Below, piece after piece: positions 33,764 to 42,894 of a stretch of DNA of 64,000 nt. Numbering within the stretch: position 1 is the stretch's first letter; the number at the start of each line of letters is the position of its first letter. This stretch comes from an uncultured Methylomirabilota bacterium (GTDB lineage Bacteria > Methylomirabilota > Methylomirabilia > Methylomirabilales > 2-02-FULL-66-22). The translations under genes were made by a program, and so were the position numbers. The notes beneath the pieces are model-generated. The model did not search any database, had not been told where the DNA came from, and saw only the letters and a program-made list of their open reading frames with translations. The stretch is from contig OY970067.1 of the NCBI GenBank assembly GCA_963705305.1, positions 576,001-640,000 of the forward strand, written 5' to 3'.

Positions 33764-34145
33764 ATGCGTAGAGAGCGAGCGGTCCAGGGGCTGGTGGGTT
33801 CTAGTCCTTGTAGCTCTCCTGGCATGTGGGAGTTATTTCATCTTCAATGTTCTTGACCTGAACGGAACAAGATTTGCCGCCCGCTGCGCCGACAATGGCG
33901 TCGCCGCGGTTGACACATCGGATCTTGACGCGGACCGTCTCCTCCGAACCTCCCTCGCATCGACGGATCCGCTTCACCTTGCCAGTCCCTTGCTGCTTGC
34001 TGATGCCGCTCTCGAAGCTCCCGGGCTCATGCTCTCCACGCTCCCGGGAACGCCCTCCCCTCACCAAGACCACACGATCCTCCCGCGGGGAGGTCTGATC
34101 CGAGAGAGGTCCTCGACGCGCCCTTCAACCCCCGATCCCGCTTGA
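33764..34145 (+). pseudogene. Membrane-anchored leader ORF copy 1 (frameshifted near 33791; possibly a sequence error)
   Basis: GGAGGGG RBS plus ATG MRRERAVQG, then the +1 frame reads WWVLVLVALLACGSYFIFNVLDLNGT...STPDPA*, homologous to 36173..36559. Confidence 0.75.
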
Positions 34146-34424
34146 CCTTCGACCATAACGAGCCGGGCGAGCCACGGCGTAGTGTTTCCCGGCGGTGGCA
34201 TGCCCTGGCCTCGTCCTTCGTCTCCAGGTGATTCTGCACCCTGTCTGCTGCTCGACCGGCATTCCCCCGGGGGGGAGGCGGGGCGCTGGCCTCCCGGGAG
34301 CAGATTCGCGGCCAATTCACCTGTGGACGAGAGAGCGTAAGCCCTCGGTGCCTGTCAACCGTCGATGTCCGATAGGATTTCGAGACCCCGCCGGATCGCT
34401 CCGGTGGGGAGGAGGATTCGAGCC

Positions 34425-35762
34425 ATGGCCACCCCAAACAAGGCCGTATCGTTGAGTCAAAGCTCCGAACCTCTCGTCAACCGCTGGTGGCAGCTCGTGG
34501 CGACCATCATCGCCATGATGGCCATCGCAAACCTCCAGTACGCGTGGACCCTGTTCACCACCCCCCTCACCCACACTCTCGGCGCCTCCCTGGCGGCCGT
34601 CCAGGTGGCCTTCGCGGCCTTCATCCTGACGGAGACCTGGCTGGTGCCCTTCGAGGGGGTCCTGGTGGACCGCTTCGGGCCCAAGCTGGTCATCATGGCG
34701 GGTGGTGTGCTGGTCGGCCTGAGCTGGATCGGCTCCGGCCTGGCCCACTCTCTGACGACCCTGTACATCTCCTACGCCTTAGGCGGCATCGGGGCGGGGG
34801 CCGTGTACGGCGCCTCCATCGGCCACTCCCTGAAGTGGTTTCCGGACCACCGGGGCCTGTGCGCCGGGCTGGTCGCTGGGGCGTACGGCATCGGGACGGC
34901 GGTCACGGTGGCGCCGATTGCACACATGATCAAAGTCTCGGGGTATGCGCATACTTTCGTGGTCTGGGGCTTCATTCAGGGGGCCATCGTGCTGGTGGCG
35001 GGCTACTTCGTCCTAGCCCCGCCCCGGGGCTGGAAGCCCGAGGGCTGGGACGAGAAGGCGGAGGCCACCAGCAAGCGTGTGAACCGCTCGGCGGTTGACC
35101 TGAACCCCGGGCAGATGCTCAAGCAGCCCTCCTTCTGGGCACTGTACGTCATGATGACCCTCATGGCCTTCACCGGCCTGGTCATCACCGCCCAGCTCAA
35201 GCCCATCGCCGTGTTCTACCACGTGGACAAGGTGGTCGTGGCATTCGGCCTGACCGCCCTGGTCCTGGCCATCCAGATCGACCGGATCCTCAACGGGGTG
35301 ACCCGGCCCTTCTGGGGGTGGGTGTCCGACCACCTCGGGCGCGAGAACACCATGTGCATCGCCTTCGCGCTGCAGTCCGTGACCATCCTGGCGCTGATGC
35401 AGTGGATCCACCACCCGATCCTGTTCATCCTCCTGTCCGGGTTCGCCTTCTTCTCGTGGGGGGAGATCTTCTCCCTGTTCCCCGCCGCGACGGGCGATCT
35501 CTTCGGCCGGAAGCATGCCGCCACGAACTACGGGATCGTCTACACCGCGAAGGGCCTGGCCTCCATCTTCGCCGCGCCGGTGGCCGCCCTCGTTTCTGTC
35601 GCCGAGGGCTCCTGGCTGCCCATCTTCTGGGCCATGGTGTTCTGCAGCGCCCTGGATGCGGTCCTGGCCCTGGTCTGGCTGAAGCCCCTAGCGAAACGGC
35701 ACGCGCAGAGGAGCCTCGCCATGGCCGGTGCCACCAGCCCCGCCCCCCACGCGGCGGACTGA
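34425..35762 (+). CDS. oxlT: Oxalate/formate antiporter (OFA) family MFS transporter
   Basis: NLQYAWTLF, KWFPDHRG, NGVTRPFWGWVSD (Arg), YTAKG (Lys) motifs. Confidence 0.88.
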   Translation: MATPNKAVSLSQSSEPLVNRWWQLVATIIAMMAIANLQYAWTLFTTPLTHTLGASLAAVQVAFAAFILTETWLVPFEGVLVDRFGPKLVIMAGGVLVGLSWIGSGLAHSLTTLYISYALGGIGAGAVYGASIGHSLKWFPDHRGLCAGLVAGAYGIGTAVTVAPIAHMIKVSGYAHTFVVWGFIQGAIVLVAGYFVLAPPRGWKPEGWDEKAEATSKRVNRSAVDLNPGQMLKQPSFWALYVMMTLMAFTGLVITAQLKPIAVFYHVDKVVVAFGLTALVLAIQIDRILNGVTRPFWGWVSDHLGRENTMCIAFALQSVTILALMQWIHHPILFILLSGFAFFSWGEIFSLFPAATGDLFGRKHAATNYGIVYTAKGLASIFAAPVAALVSVAEGSWLPIFWAMVFCSALDAVLALVWLKPLAKRHAQRSLAMAGATSPAPHAAD

Positions 35763-35770
35763 GTTGGCAA

Positions 35771-35800
35771 CAGGGAAGGGGGGTCGTCCCCCCTTCCCTG
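35771..35800 (+). terminator. Hairpin after oxlT-1
   Basis: 13-bp stem CAGGGAAGGGGGG/CCCCCCTTCCCTG; no U-tract. Confidence 0.5.
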
Positions 35801-36109
35801 CGCCTCATGCGGGATACAGGCGTGTGAAATGATCACGCCCTGTCCGGGACGGCCCAGGCAAGACTCATAGGGCAAGACAGCTCGAGCGGCAATGCGAGCC
35901 TGCCTTTTCAGCCATGGCGGAGCTGCCCTCCTTGTGGCAGCCCTGACGTTCATGCTGATCGCGTTGCCGGGCGCGGCAGGGGCGGCGCCCGGCCCGATCT
36001 CCTCCCTCCACGGCTACCATCCGATCGCAACCGTTCCCTTTTCTTTCGGGCATATTGAAGGGCGATTGTCCACGTGCTGAGCCCTGCCGATTAGTGGTGC
36101 GAATTCTCT

Positions 36110-36138
36110 TTGACGAAATTTTCATTTCTTTGTAGGAT
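36110..36138 (+). promoter_or_regulatory. Putative sigma70 promoter for leader 2 / oxlT-2
   Basis: TTGACG-N17-TAGGAT. Confidence 0.6.
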
Positions 36139-36172
36139 GCCGGCGTCGTCGTCCTTGAATGGGGGACGCCGC

Positions 36173-36559
36173 ATGCGGTTGTTCAGGCGACAAAAGCAGC
36201 AGTCATGGAAATGGTGGTACGTGGTACTGTTTGGACTCCTGGCAATCGGGACATACGTGGTCTTTGATGTTTTGGACATTGACGGTTCGGAGCTAGCTTC
36301 GTGGGACTTGGCGAATAATCTGACCGCGCTCGAGTCGGCCGAACCATCGAGTTGTCGTCCACCACAGATCGTCCCACCAGAGCGATCACTTCCTTCCGCC
36401 GACGACCACCTCTCTCAGTGGCTCAATGCGCAGAGTCAGCAGGGCGCCTCATCCATAAGCACCGGCTTGACGCGTGCTCGCCACGCCCCGACTCTCGCCC
36501 GAATACGTTTGGCCTCCGAATTGACAGCCTCAAATTCCCTCTCCGCTGATCCTGCCTGA
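36173..36559 (+). CDS. Membrane-anchored leader ORF copy 2 (128 aa, unknown function)
   Basis: GGGGGA RBS; MRLFRRQKQQSWKWWYVVLFGLLAIGTYVVFDVLDIDGS...SADPA*; paralog at 33764. Confidence 0.75.
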   Translation: MRLFRRQKQQSWKWWYVVLFGLLAIGTYVVFDVLDIDGSELASWDLANNLTALESAEPSSCRPPQIVPPERSLPSADDHLSQWLNAQSQQGASSISTGLTRARHAPTLARIRLASELTASNSLSADPA

Positions 36560-36744
36560 CCCCCCTTGCCAGACGAGACGGACGGATTCATGTGGTCCGT
36601 CTCTCGACGGCACACCGCTGAAAGACCCTCGCTCGCATCCGGTACTCATGAGCGGATCCTAGTGTGCGATCGGTCGAGCGCCGTCGATTGACGAAATAGG
36701 TTGTATGCCCCGCTGGTTCCTCAACGGGAAGGAGAATTCGAGTC

Positions 36745-38076
36745 ATGTCCACCCCAAGCGCATCTTCTGACCGCAGCGTGGCCGCCCCGGTCAACCGATG
36801 GTGGCAGATGGTGGCCGCGATCATCGCCATGATGGCCATTGCCAACTTGCAGTATGCCTGGACCCTGTTCACCACACCCCTCACCCAAAGCCTGAATGCG
36901 AGCCTCGCGGCCGTCCAGGTGGCCTTCGCCGCCTTCGTGCTGGCGGAGACGTGGCTGGTGCCCTTCGAGGGCGCTCTGGTCGATTATTTCGGCCCGCGAG
37001 TGATCATCATGGTGGGAGGCGTCCTGGTCGGGCTCGGCTGGATCGGGTCGGGATTGACCAGCTCTCTGGGAGGGCTGTACTTCTGGTACATCCTGGGCGG
37101 TGTCGGAGCGGGCGCCGTCTATGGCGCCTGCATCGGTCACGCCCTGAAGTGGTTCCCGGATCACCGCGGCATGTGCGCCGGCTTCGTCGCCGGGGCATAT
37201 GGGATCGGCACCGCGGTCACGGTGGCCCCCATTGCAGCCATGATGAAGTCCTCGGGCTACGCCCACACCTTCGTGGTATGGGGGTTCATCCAGGGGATCA
37301 TCGTGCTGGTGATGGGCCTCTTCATCATCCGGCCCCCGGCTGGCTGGGCGCCAGCGGGCTGGGCGGAAAAGGAGGCGACCATCCGGGCGCACATCAACAC
37401 TTCGACAGTCGATTTGCACCCGGGGCAGATGGTCAAGCATGGCTCTTTCTGGGTCATTTACTTCATGATGACCCTGATGGCTTTCACCGGTCTGGTGATC
37501 ACGGCCCAGGTGAACCCCATTGCCGTGTTCTACCACGTGGACAAGGTCGTGATCGCCTTTGGGATGACCGCCCTGGTCCTCGCCATCCAGATCGAGCGCA
37601 TCCTGAACGGCATCACCCGTCCCTTCTGGGGATGGGTCTCCGACCATATCGGCCGTGAGAACACGATGTTCATCGCCTTCGGGCTGCAGTCCCTGACGAT
37701 CGTCGCCCTGCTGCAGCTCATTCACCGGCCGGTGTGGTTCGTGGTCCTGTCCGGTCTGGCGTTCTTCTCGTGGGGGGAGATCTTCTCCCTGTTCCCCTCG
37801 GTGACCGCCGACTTGTTCGGGAAGAAGTACGCCACGACGAATTACGGGATCGTCTACACCGCCAAGGGGCTGGCCTCGATCTTTGCCGGGCCCGTGGCGG
37901 CCCTGGCCAAGTCGGCAACCGGGTCCTGGGTCCCTGTCTTCTGGGCCATGGTGATTTGCAGCGGGGTGGATGCAGTGCTGGCCTTGGTCCTGCTCAAGCC
38001 CCTTGCCCGGCGGACCGTCCAAGAGACGATGAAATTGGCCGGGGGCACCCGTCCCGCTCCCCACGCGGCGGACTGA
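36745..38076 (+). CDS. oxlT: Oxalate/formate antiporter (OFA) family MFS transporter, paralog
   Basis: Colinear with the first copy; same motifs and the same C-terminus PAPHAAD. Confidence 0.88.
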   Translation: MSTPSASSDRSVAAPVNRWWQMVAAIIAMMAIANLQYAWTLFTTPLTQSLNASLAAVQVAFAAFVLAETWLVPFEGALVDYFGPRVIIMVGGVLVGLGWIGSGLTSSLGGLYFWYILGGVGAGAVYGACIGHALKWFPDHRGMCAGFVAGAYGIGTAVTVAPIAAMMKSSGYAHTFVVWGFIQGIIVLVMGLFIIRPPAGWAPAGWAEKEATIRAHINTSTVDLHPGQMVKHGSFWVIYFMMTLMAFTGLVITAQVNPIAVFYHVDKVVIAFGMTALVLAIQIERILNGITRPFWGWVSDHIGRENTMFIAFGLQSLTIVALLQLIHRPVWFVVLSGLAFFSWGEIFSLFPSVTADLFGKKYATTNYGIVYTAKGLASIFAGPVAALAKSATGSWVPVFWAMVICSGVDAVLALVLLKPLARRTVQETMKLAGGTRPAPHAAD

Positions 38077-38181
38077 GGCCAAGGCGAAGCTCTCCTGTTC
38101 CTGTCTGGGATCACAGACCGAATGGGCCGCACCCGATCTCCGGGTGCGGCCCATTTCTTTCGGAGCCGGATGGACAAAAGC

Positions 38182-38878
38182 CTAGCGCGCGTCCGGCCCC
38201 TCGATCGGTTTCACGGGGGGAACGGGCCGTTGCGCCTCTCCGCGCGTCCGTCGGACGGCGTCCAAGAACTCCCGCGCCCGGCCCGCAATTTCATGCCACC
38301 GACCATTACGCACGAGATCGCCCTCCGTCAGGGCGCCGCCCACCCCGACCGCCAGCGCCCCGGCGCGAACGAACGCTCCGACATCCGCCAGCGTGATGCC
38401 CCCGGCAGCGACCAGAGGAATCTGCGGCGCGGCGGACGGCCTGGAAGTACCGAGGGCCGACGGCGCCCGCCGGACACATCTCTACAAGGGCGGCCCCATG
38501 CTCCCAGGCCATGGCGATCTCCCCGAGAGTGAACGCGCCGGAGATGACCGCCACGTCCGTCTCGCGGCCCAACCGGATGAGGTCGGCGATGATGTAGGGC
38601 GTCACCAAGAACTGCGCCCCCGCCCCGATGGCCTCGCGTCCGGCCTCGGCCGTGGGGATGGCTCCGACGCCGATCAACAGATCGTTTCCCATGGCGGCGC
38701 GAATCCGCCCGACCCCCCGGAGAATTTCCGGATGGGTCGCCACGATCTCCACCACCGGGCGGCCCGCCTCCCGGAGGGATTTCGCCGCCGGCAGCAGATC
38801 CTCCGACCGCTCGGGCCGCAGGATGACGATCAAGCCTTCTGCCCGAATCCGCTCGATCGCATTTGGCTGCACGCTCAA
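38182..38878 (-). pseudogene. KDPG/KHG aldolase (Eda)-like, frameshifted near 38430 and lacking the Schiff-base Lys
   Basis: GAQFLVTP; VEMCPA in place of VKxFPA; after the shift PQIPLVAAGGITLADVGAFVRAGALAVGVGG continues to TAG at 38182. Confidence 0.75.
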
Positions 38879-40434
38879 TCTCCTGCGCGTAACCCCATCA
38901 GGCCGGCTCGGAAGATGCGGGCGTCCATGGGTCTCAGGTCGGGGGCGATCCTCGGGCGGAACGCCATCTGTCCCAGGACCTCGCGCTCCAGGTCCACGCC
39001 TGGGGCGATCTCCGTGAGCATCACCCCCTCACCGGTGACGACCAGGACCGCCCGTTCGGTGATGAACTGCACACGCTGGCCCCGCGCCGCGGCATACTCG
39101 CCGCTAAAGGTGACTTGGGCGACATGCGGCACGAATTTCTTGAACCGGCCCTCCTTCACGATACGCAGCCGGCCATCGCCGATCTCGACCTCCAGGCCGC
39201 CGGCGGTGAACGTGCCGCAGAAGGCCACTGCCTTGGCGCCCTGGGAGATATTGATGAACCCGCCCACGCCAGGCATGCGCCCCTGAAACTTGCTGACGTT
39301 CACATTTCCTTGCGCGTCCGCCTCCGCCATGCCTAGGAATGCCAGATCCAGGCCCCCACCGTCGTAGAAGTCGAACTGATATCCCTGGTCGAGGACGGCT
39401 TCGGGATTCGAGGACATGCCGAAGATGACCCCCGGCGCCGGGATTCCGCCCGTGATCCCCTGCTCGATGGTGGGGGTCATCCGATCGCTGATCCCCTCTT
39501 CCGCCGCCACCAAGGCCACGCCATCGGGCATTCCCACGCCCATGTTGAGGACGGCCCGGGGCAGCTTCACGATCTCCAGGGCGGCCCGCCGAGCGATCAT
39601 CTTCCGCTCGTCGAGCGGCATGGGGGTCAGGCTGGAGATCGGCACCTTGACCTCGCCGCTGTACGCCGGATTGTACTCGCTCTCCACGCTCTGCCACTGC
39701 TCTGGATGCACCACCACGTGGTCCACCATGGTGTGCGGCACCTTGACCATCTTGGGCGGAAGCGTCCCCGCTTGGGCCAGACGCTTCACCTGGGCAATCA
39801 CGATCCCCCCCGAGTTCCGGGTGGCCATCGCCATCGGCAGCACTTCCAGGAACGCCGGCTCCTGCTCCAGGGTAAGGTTTCCCTTCTCGTCCGCCGTGGT
39901 CCCCCGGATGAAACAAACATTCAGCGGAAAGGCACGATAGAACAGCCATTCGCGACCGGCCAGGCTGACGACCTCGATGAGGTCCTCTGTGGTCCGGCCG
40001 TTCAGCCGGCCGCCTTCGAGCCGCGGATCGATGAAGGTCTTTAGCCCGATATGGGTGACGAGGCCCGGCCGACCGGCCGCCACCTCGCGCAGCCACTGGG
40101 ACATCACCCCTTGCGGCCAGTTGTAGGCATCGATCTTGTTGTCGAGGATGAGCTGCGCATATTTGGGGGACATGCCGTAGTGGCCGCCGATGTTCCGGCG
40201 GACCAGCCCCTCGCCGGTGAGCTGGTTCAGGCCGGTAGTTTTCCAGTCCCCCAGCCCGGACACATGGAAGATGGTCAAATCCCGCGGGCGTCCCGTTTCC
40301 GCGAACTTCTCCGCCAGAGCGCGGATGAGCAGATCCGGCTCCACGTTTCCGCCGCCGGCTCCGTGGATGGCCAGCGTGTCGCCCGACTTGACGAGGTCGA
40401 TCGCCGCTCGTGCGCTGGTGACTTTTCCGCTCAC
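38875..40434 (-). CDS. Acyl-CoA:acetate/propionate CoA-transferase (fused, YdiF-like)
   Basis: GLKTFIDPR, NMGVGMP, IEQG catalytic Glu, GGFINISQ, EIAPGVDL motifs. Confidence 0.9.
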   Translation of the reverse strand: MSGKVTSARAAIDLVKSGDTLAIHGAGGGNVEPDLLIRALAEKFAETGRPRDLTIFHVSGLGDWKTTGLNQLTGEGLVRRNIGGHYGMSPKYAQLILDNKIDAYNWPQGVMSQWLREVAAGRPGLVTHIGLKTFIDPRLEGGRLNGRTTEDLIEVVSLAGREWLFYRAFPLNVCFIRGTTADEKGNLTLEQEPAFLEVLPMAMATRNSGGIVIAQVKRLAQAGTLPPKMVKVPHTMVDHVVVHPEQWQSVESEYNPAYSGEVKVPISSLTPMPLDERKMIARRAALEIVKLPRAVLNMGVGMPDGVALVAAEEGISDRMTPTIEQGITGGIPAPGVIFGMSSNPEAVLDQGYQFDFYDGGGLDLAFLGMAEADAQGNVNVSKFQGRMPGVGGFINISQGAKAVAFCGTFTAGGLEVEIGDGRLRIVKEGRFKKFVPHVAQVTFSGEYAAARGQRVQFITERAVLVVTGEGVMLTEIAPGVDLEREVLGQMAFRPRIAPDLRPMDARIFRAGLMGLRAGD

Positions 40435-40472
40435 ACGCTCACCCCATTTCAACTGCCAAGACGGTCAAGTAG

Positions 40473-40549
40473 AAACCGACAACTGACAATCTAAAACCGA
40501 TCACTTGTGACTGCATTGATCGGTTGTCGGTTTTTCATTGTCGGTTTTC
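40473..40549. repeat. Inverted degenerate heptamer array forming a hairpin (no enclosed gene)
   Basis: AAACCGA/CAACTGA/CAATCTA/AAACCGA facing TCGGTTG/TCGGTTT/TTCATTG/TCGGTTT. Confidence 0.65.
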
Positions 40550-40601
40550 AATCGCCCGTGTCCCTTGGCGCCATGGGCGCCCAGAGGTTTCCCGGTTCAG
40601 G

Positions 40602-41375
40602 TTACAAGAAGTACTCCAGCCTTCCCCCATTGATGTCCACGACCGCCCCGTTCAGGTAGGACGCCGCCTCGGAGGCCAGGAACGCCACGACGCGGCCGAT
40701 CTCCGGGGGCTCGCCGATGCGACCGAGCGGGATCTGCTGTTGGAGCTTTTCCACCGTCGGCGGTGCCAGTATCCCACGCACCGTCTCGGTGCCGATGAAT
40801 CCCGGCGCGATGACGTTGGCGGTGATGTCTTTGGGCCCCAGCTCGCGCGCCGCCGTCATGGTGAGGGCGACCACGCCCGCCTTGGCGGCCCCGTAGTGTC
40901 CCAGCGTGGGGCGCCCGCCGACCCGTCCGTGGATCGAGGAGGTATTGATGATCCGCCCCCACCCCCGCCGGACCATGTGGGGGGCTGCATGTTTGATGCA
41001 GAGAAAAACGCTCTTCAGATGATTGCCCACCATGAAGTCCCAGAGCTCTTCCGGCATCTCCAGCAGGGGGGTGTTGAGGTGCGGCCCGGTCGTGCCCGCG
41101 TTGTTGACCAGGATGTCCAGCCGGCCGAAGGCCTTCAGGGTCGTCTCCACCATCCGCTGAACATCGTCCCCCCGGCTCACATCGGCCTGCACCGAGATGG
41201 CCCGCCCTCCTCTGTCCAGCACCCCCCGGACGACCTGGTCCGCCTCGGCCATACTCTTGGCCGTCACCACCACCACCGCGGCCCCCTCGGCCGCCAGGGC
41301 TTCCGCCTCGGCCCGTCCGAGGCCCTTGCTGCCCCCCGTAACGATGGCCACCCGATCCTTCAGGCCCAGATCCAT
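40602..41375 (-). CDS. SDR oxidoreductase (FabG-like)
   Basis: TGGSKGLG, NNAG, YGAAK motifs. Confidence 0.9.
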   Translation of the reverse strand: MDLGLKDRVAIVTGGSKGLGRAEAEALAAEGAAVVVVTAKSMAEADQVVRGVLDRGGRAISVQADVSRGDDVQRMVETTLKAFGRLDILVNNAGTTGPHLNTPLLEMPEELWDFMVGNHLKSVFLCIKHAAPHMVRRGWGRIINTSSIHGRVGGRPTLGHYGAAKAGVVALTMTAARELGPKDITANVIAPGFIGTETVRGILAPPTVEKLQQQIPLGRIGEPPEIGRVVAFLASEAASYLNGAVVDINGGRLEYFL

Positions 41376-41595
41376 GACGCCCCCTTTCCAAGAGCCAACG
41401 GCAGACCGACATCGGACAACCGGCACCCGGTCAATCCATCATCGCTGGGACAAAGTGAGGATATCGTGCATGACCCCGCTGTTCAGCCAAAATGAGTTGA
41501 GAGCCGACTAGCGCTCCACCCCTCCTTCGTTTCGGGCACTCCCCGGTAGCCCACAGGCTCGCTCTCAGCCATGCCCTCCCCGCATGGAGGCGGGT

Positions 41596-42894
41596 TCACT
41601 TGGGCATGATAAGCAGCCCGCCCCACAGCTTAGGCAGCGCGAGGGAGAACCAGGGGACATACGAGAGGAGCAGGATCGTCCCGAACATGATGACCAGGAA
41701 GGGCAGCATCGGCCGGATCAGCCGCTTCATGTTCACCCCGGCCAGCGAGGTCACCACAAAACAGGCGGTCCCCAGTGGCGGGGTCACCAGCGAAATGCCG
41801 AACACTGCGAGGGAAAAGATGGCGAAATGGATGGGGTGCATCCCCGCCTTCTCGGCCAGCGGCATGAACAGCGGGATCAGGATGACTAGGGCGGGGATGC
41901 CGTCGAGCATGGCACCCAGTACCCAAAAGACCACCGTGAGCAAGGTGATGAAGAGCAGGTAGTTATTGAGGACCCCCGCCGCAAGCGCGGCCAGATCGTT
42001 AGAGGCCTGCGTGTACGCCATCACGTAGGCGATGGCCGACGCGGCGCCCACCAGCCCGATCACGATCCCGGTCAGCCGGACGGTCGAGATCAGTACGCGC
42101 CTCACCTTCTCCCAGGTGAGCTCATGGTAGAGCAGCACGCTCACCAAGAGCGCATATAGAACCGCCACCGCGGCAGACTCTGTCGCCGTGAAAACCCCGG
42201 AGAGAATCCCGCCCAGGATAATCCCGGGGGCGATGAGCGCCGGGATCGCCCCGAGACAGGCGCCTACCATCTGGCGTCCCGAGAACGTCATGCGTTCATG
42301 GCTTGGCTCCCATCGCATCTTGGCCTTGTACCAGATGACGATCGCCTTGGAGAGGCCGATGAGGGCGGCCGGAAAGAGGGAGGCCAAGAACAGCTGCCTG
42401 ATGGAGAGGTTCGCGATGGTGCCCAGCACGATCATGGTGATGGAGGGCGGGATCAGAATGCCAGTGCCGGCGGCGGCCGCGACGATGCACGAGGCCCATT
42501 CCTTCCGGTAGCCGGCCTCGTGCATCATAGGGAGCATCACCGACCCAATGGCGGCGGCATCGGCGTTGACGGACCCCGAGATGCCCGAGAAGATCATGGT
42601 GCTGACCACGACCGAGATGCCCAAGCCCCCAGGCAGCCAGCCCACCAACATGACGACGAACTTCGCCAATCGGGCGGAGATCCCGCCCTTGTCCATGATC
42701 TCTCCGGCGAGCACGAAGAGCGGAATGGCGAGCAGCGTGAAGGAGCTCATGCCGTAGAAGGCCGTCTGCGCCAGCAGATACGCCGGCCGTTCGTACGTCA
42801 CCAGGGCAGTCCAGGTTCCCACGCTCATGGCGGCCAGGATGGGGGCGCCCAGGAGCAGCAAGGCCAAGAACGCGACCGTGAGGACTAGTGCCAT
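41596..42894 (-). CDS. dctM: TRAP transporter large permease
   Basis: LLAIPLFVLAG, GISGS, ILIPPS, FTATES, VTPPLG motifs. Confidence 0.92.
   Translation of the reverse strand: MALVLTVAFLALLLLGAPILAAMSVGTWTALVTYERPAYLLAQTAFYGMSSFTLLAIPLFVLAGEIMDKGGISARLAKFVVMLVGWLPGGLGISVVVSTMIFSGISGSVNADAAAIGSVMLPMMHEAGYRKEWASCIVAAAAGTGILIPPSITMIVLGTIANLSIRQLFLASLFPAALIGLSKAIVIWYKAKMRWEPSHERMTFSGRQMVGACLGAIPALIAPGIILGGILSGVFTATESAAVAVLYALLVSVLLYHELTWEKVRRVLISTVRLTGIVIGLVGAASAIAYVMAYTQASNDLAALAAGVLNNYLLFITLLTVVFWVLGAMLDGIPALVILIPLFMPLAEKAGMHPIHFAIFSLAVFGISLVTPPLGTACFVVTSLAGVNMKRLIRPMLPFLVIMFGTILLLSYVPWFSLALPKLWGGLLIMPK

Noticed and set aside
33874..34098. ORF-track calls 33874..34098 (+) and 33801..34073 (-)
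   Set aside because: A different frame in the same interval is homologous to the 36173..36559 ORF and is the better-supported reading.
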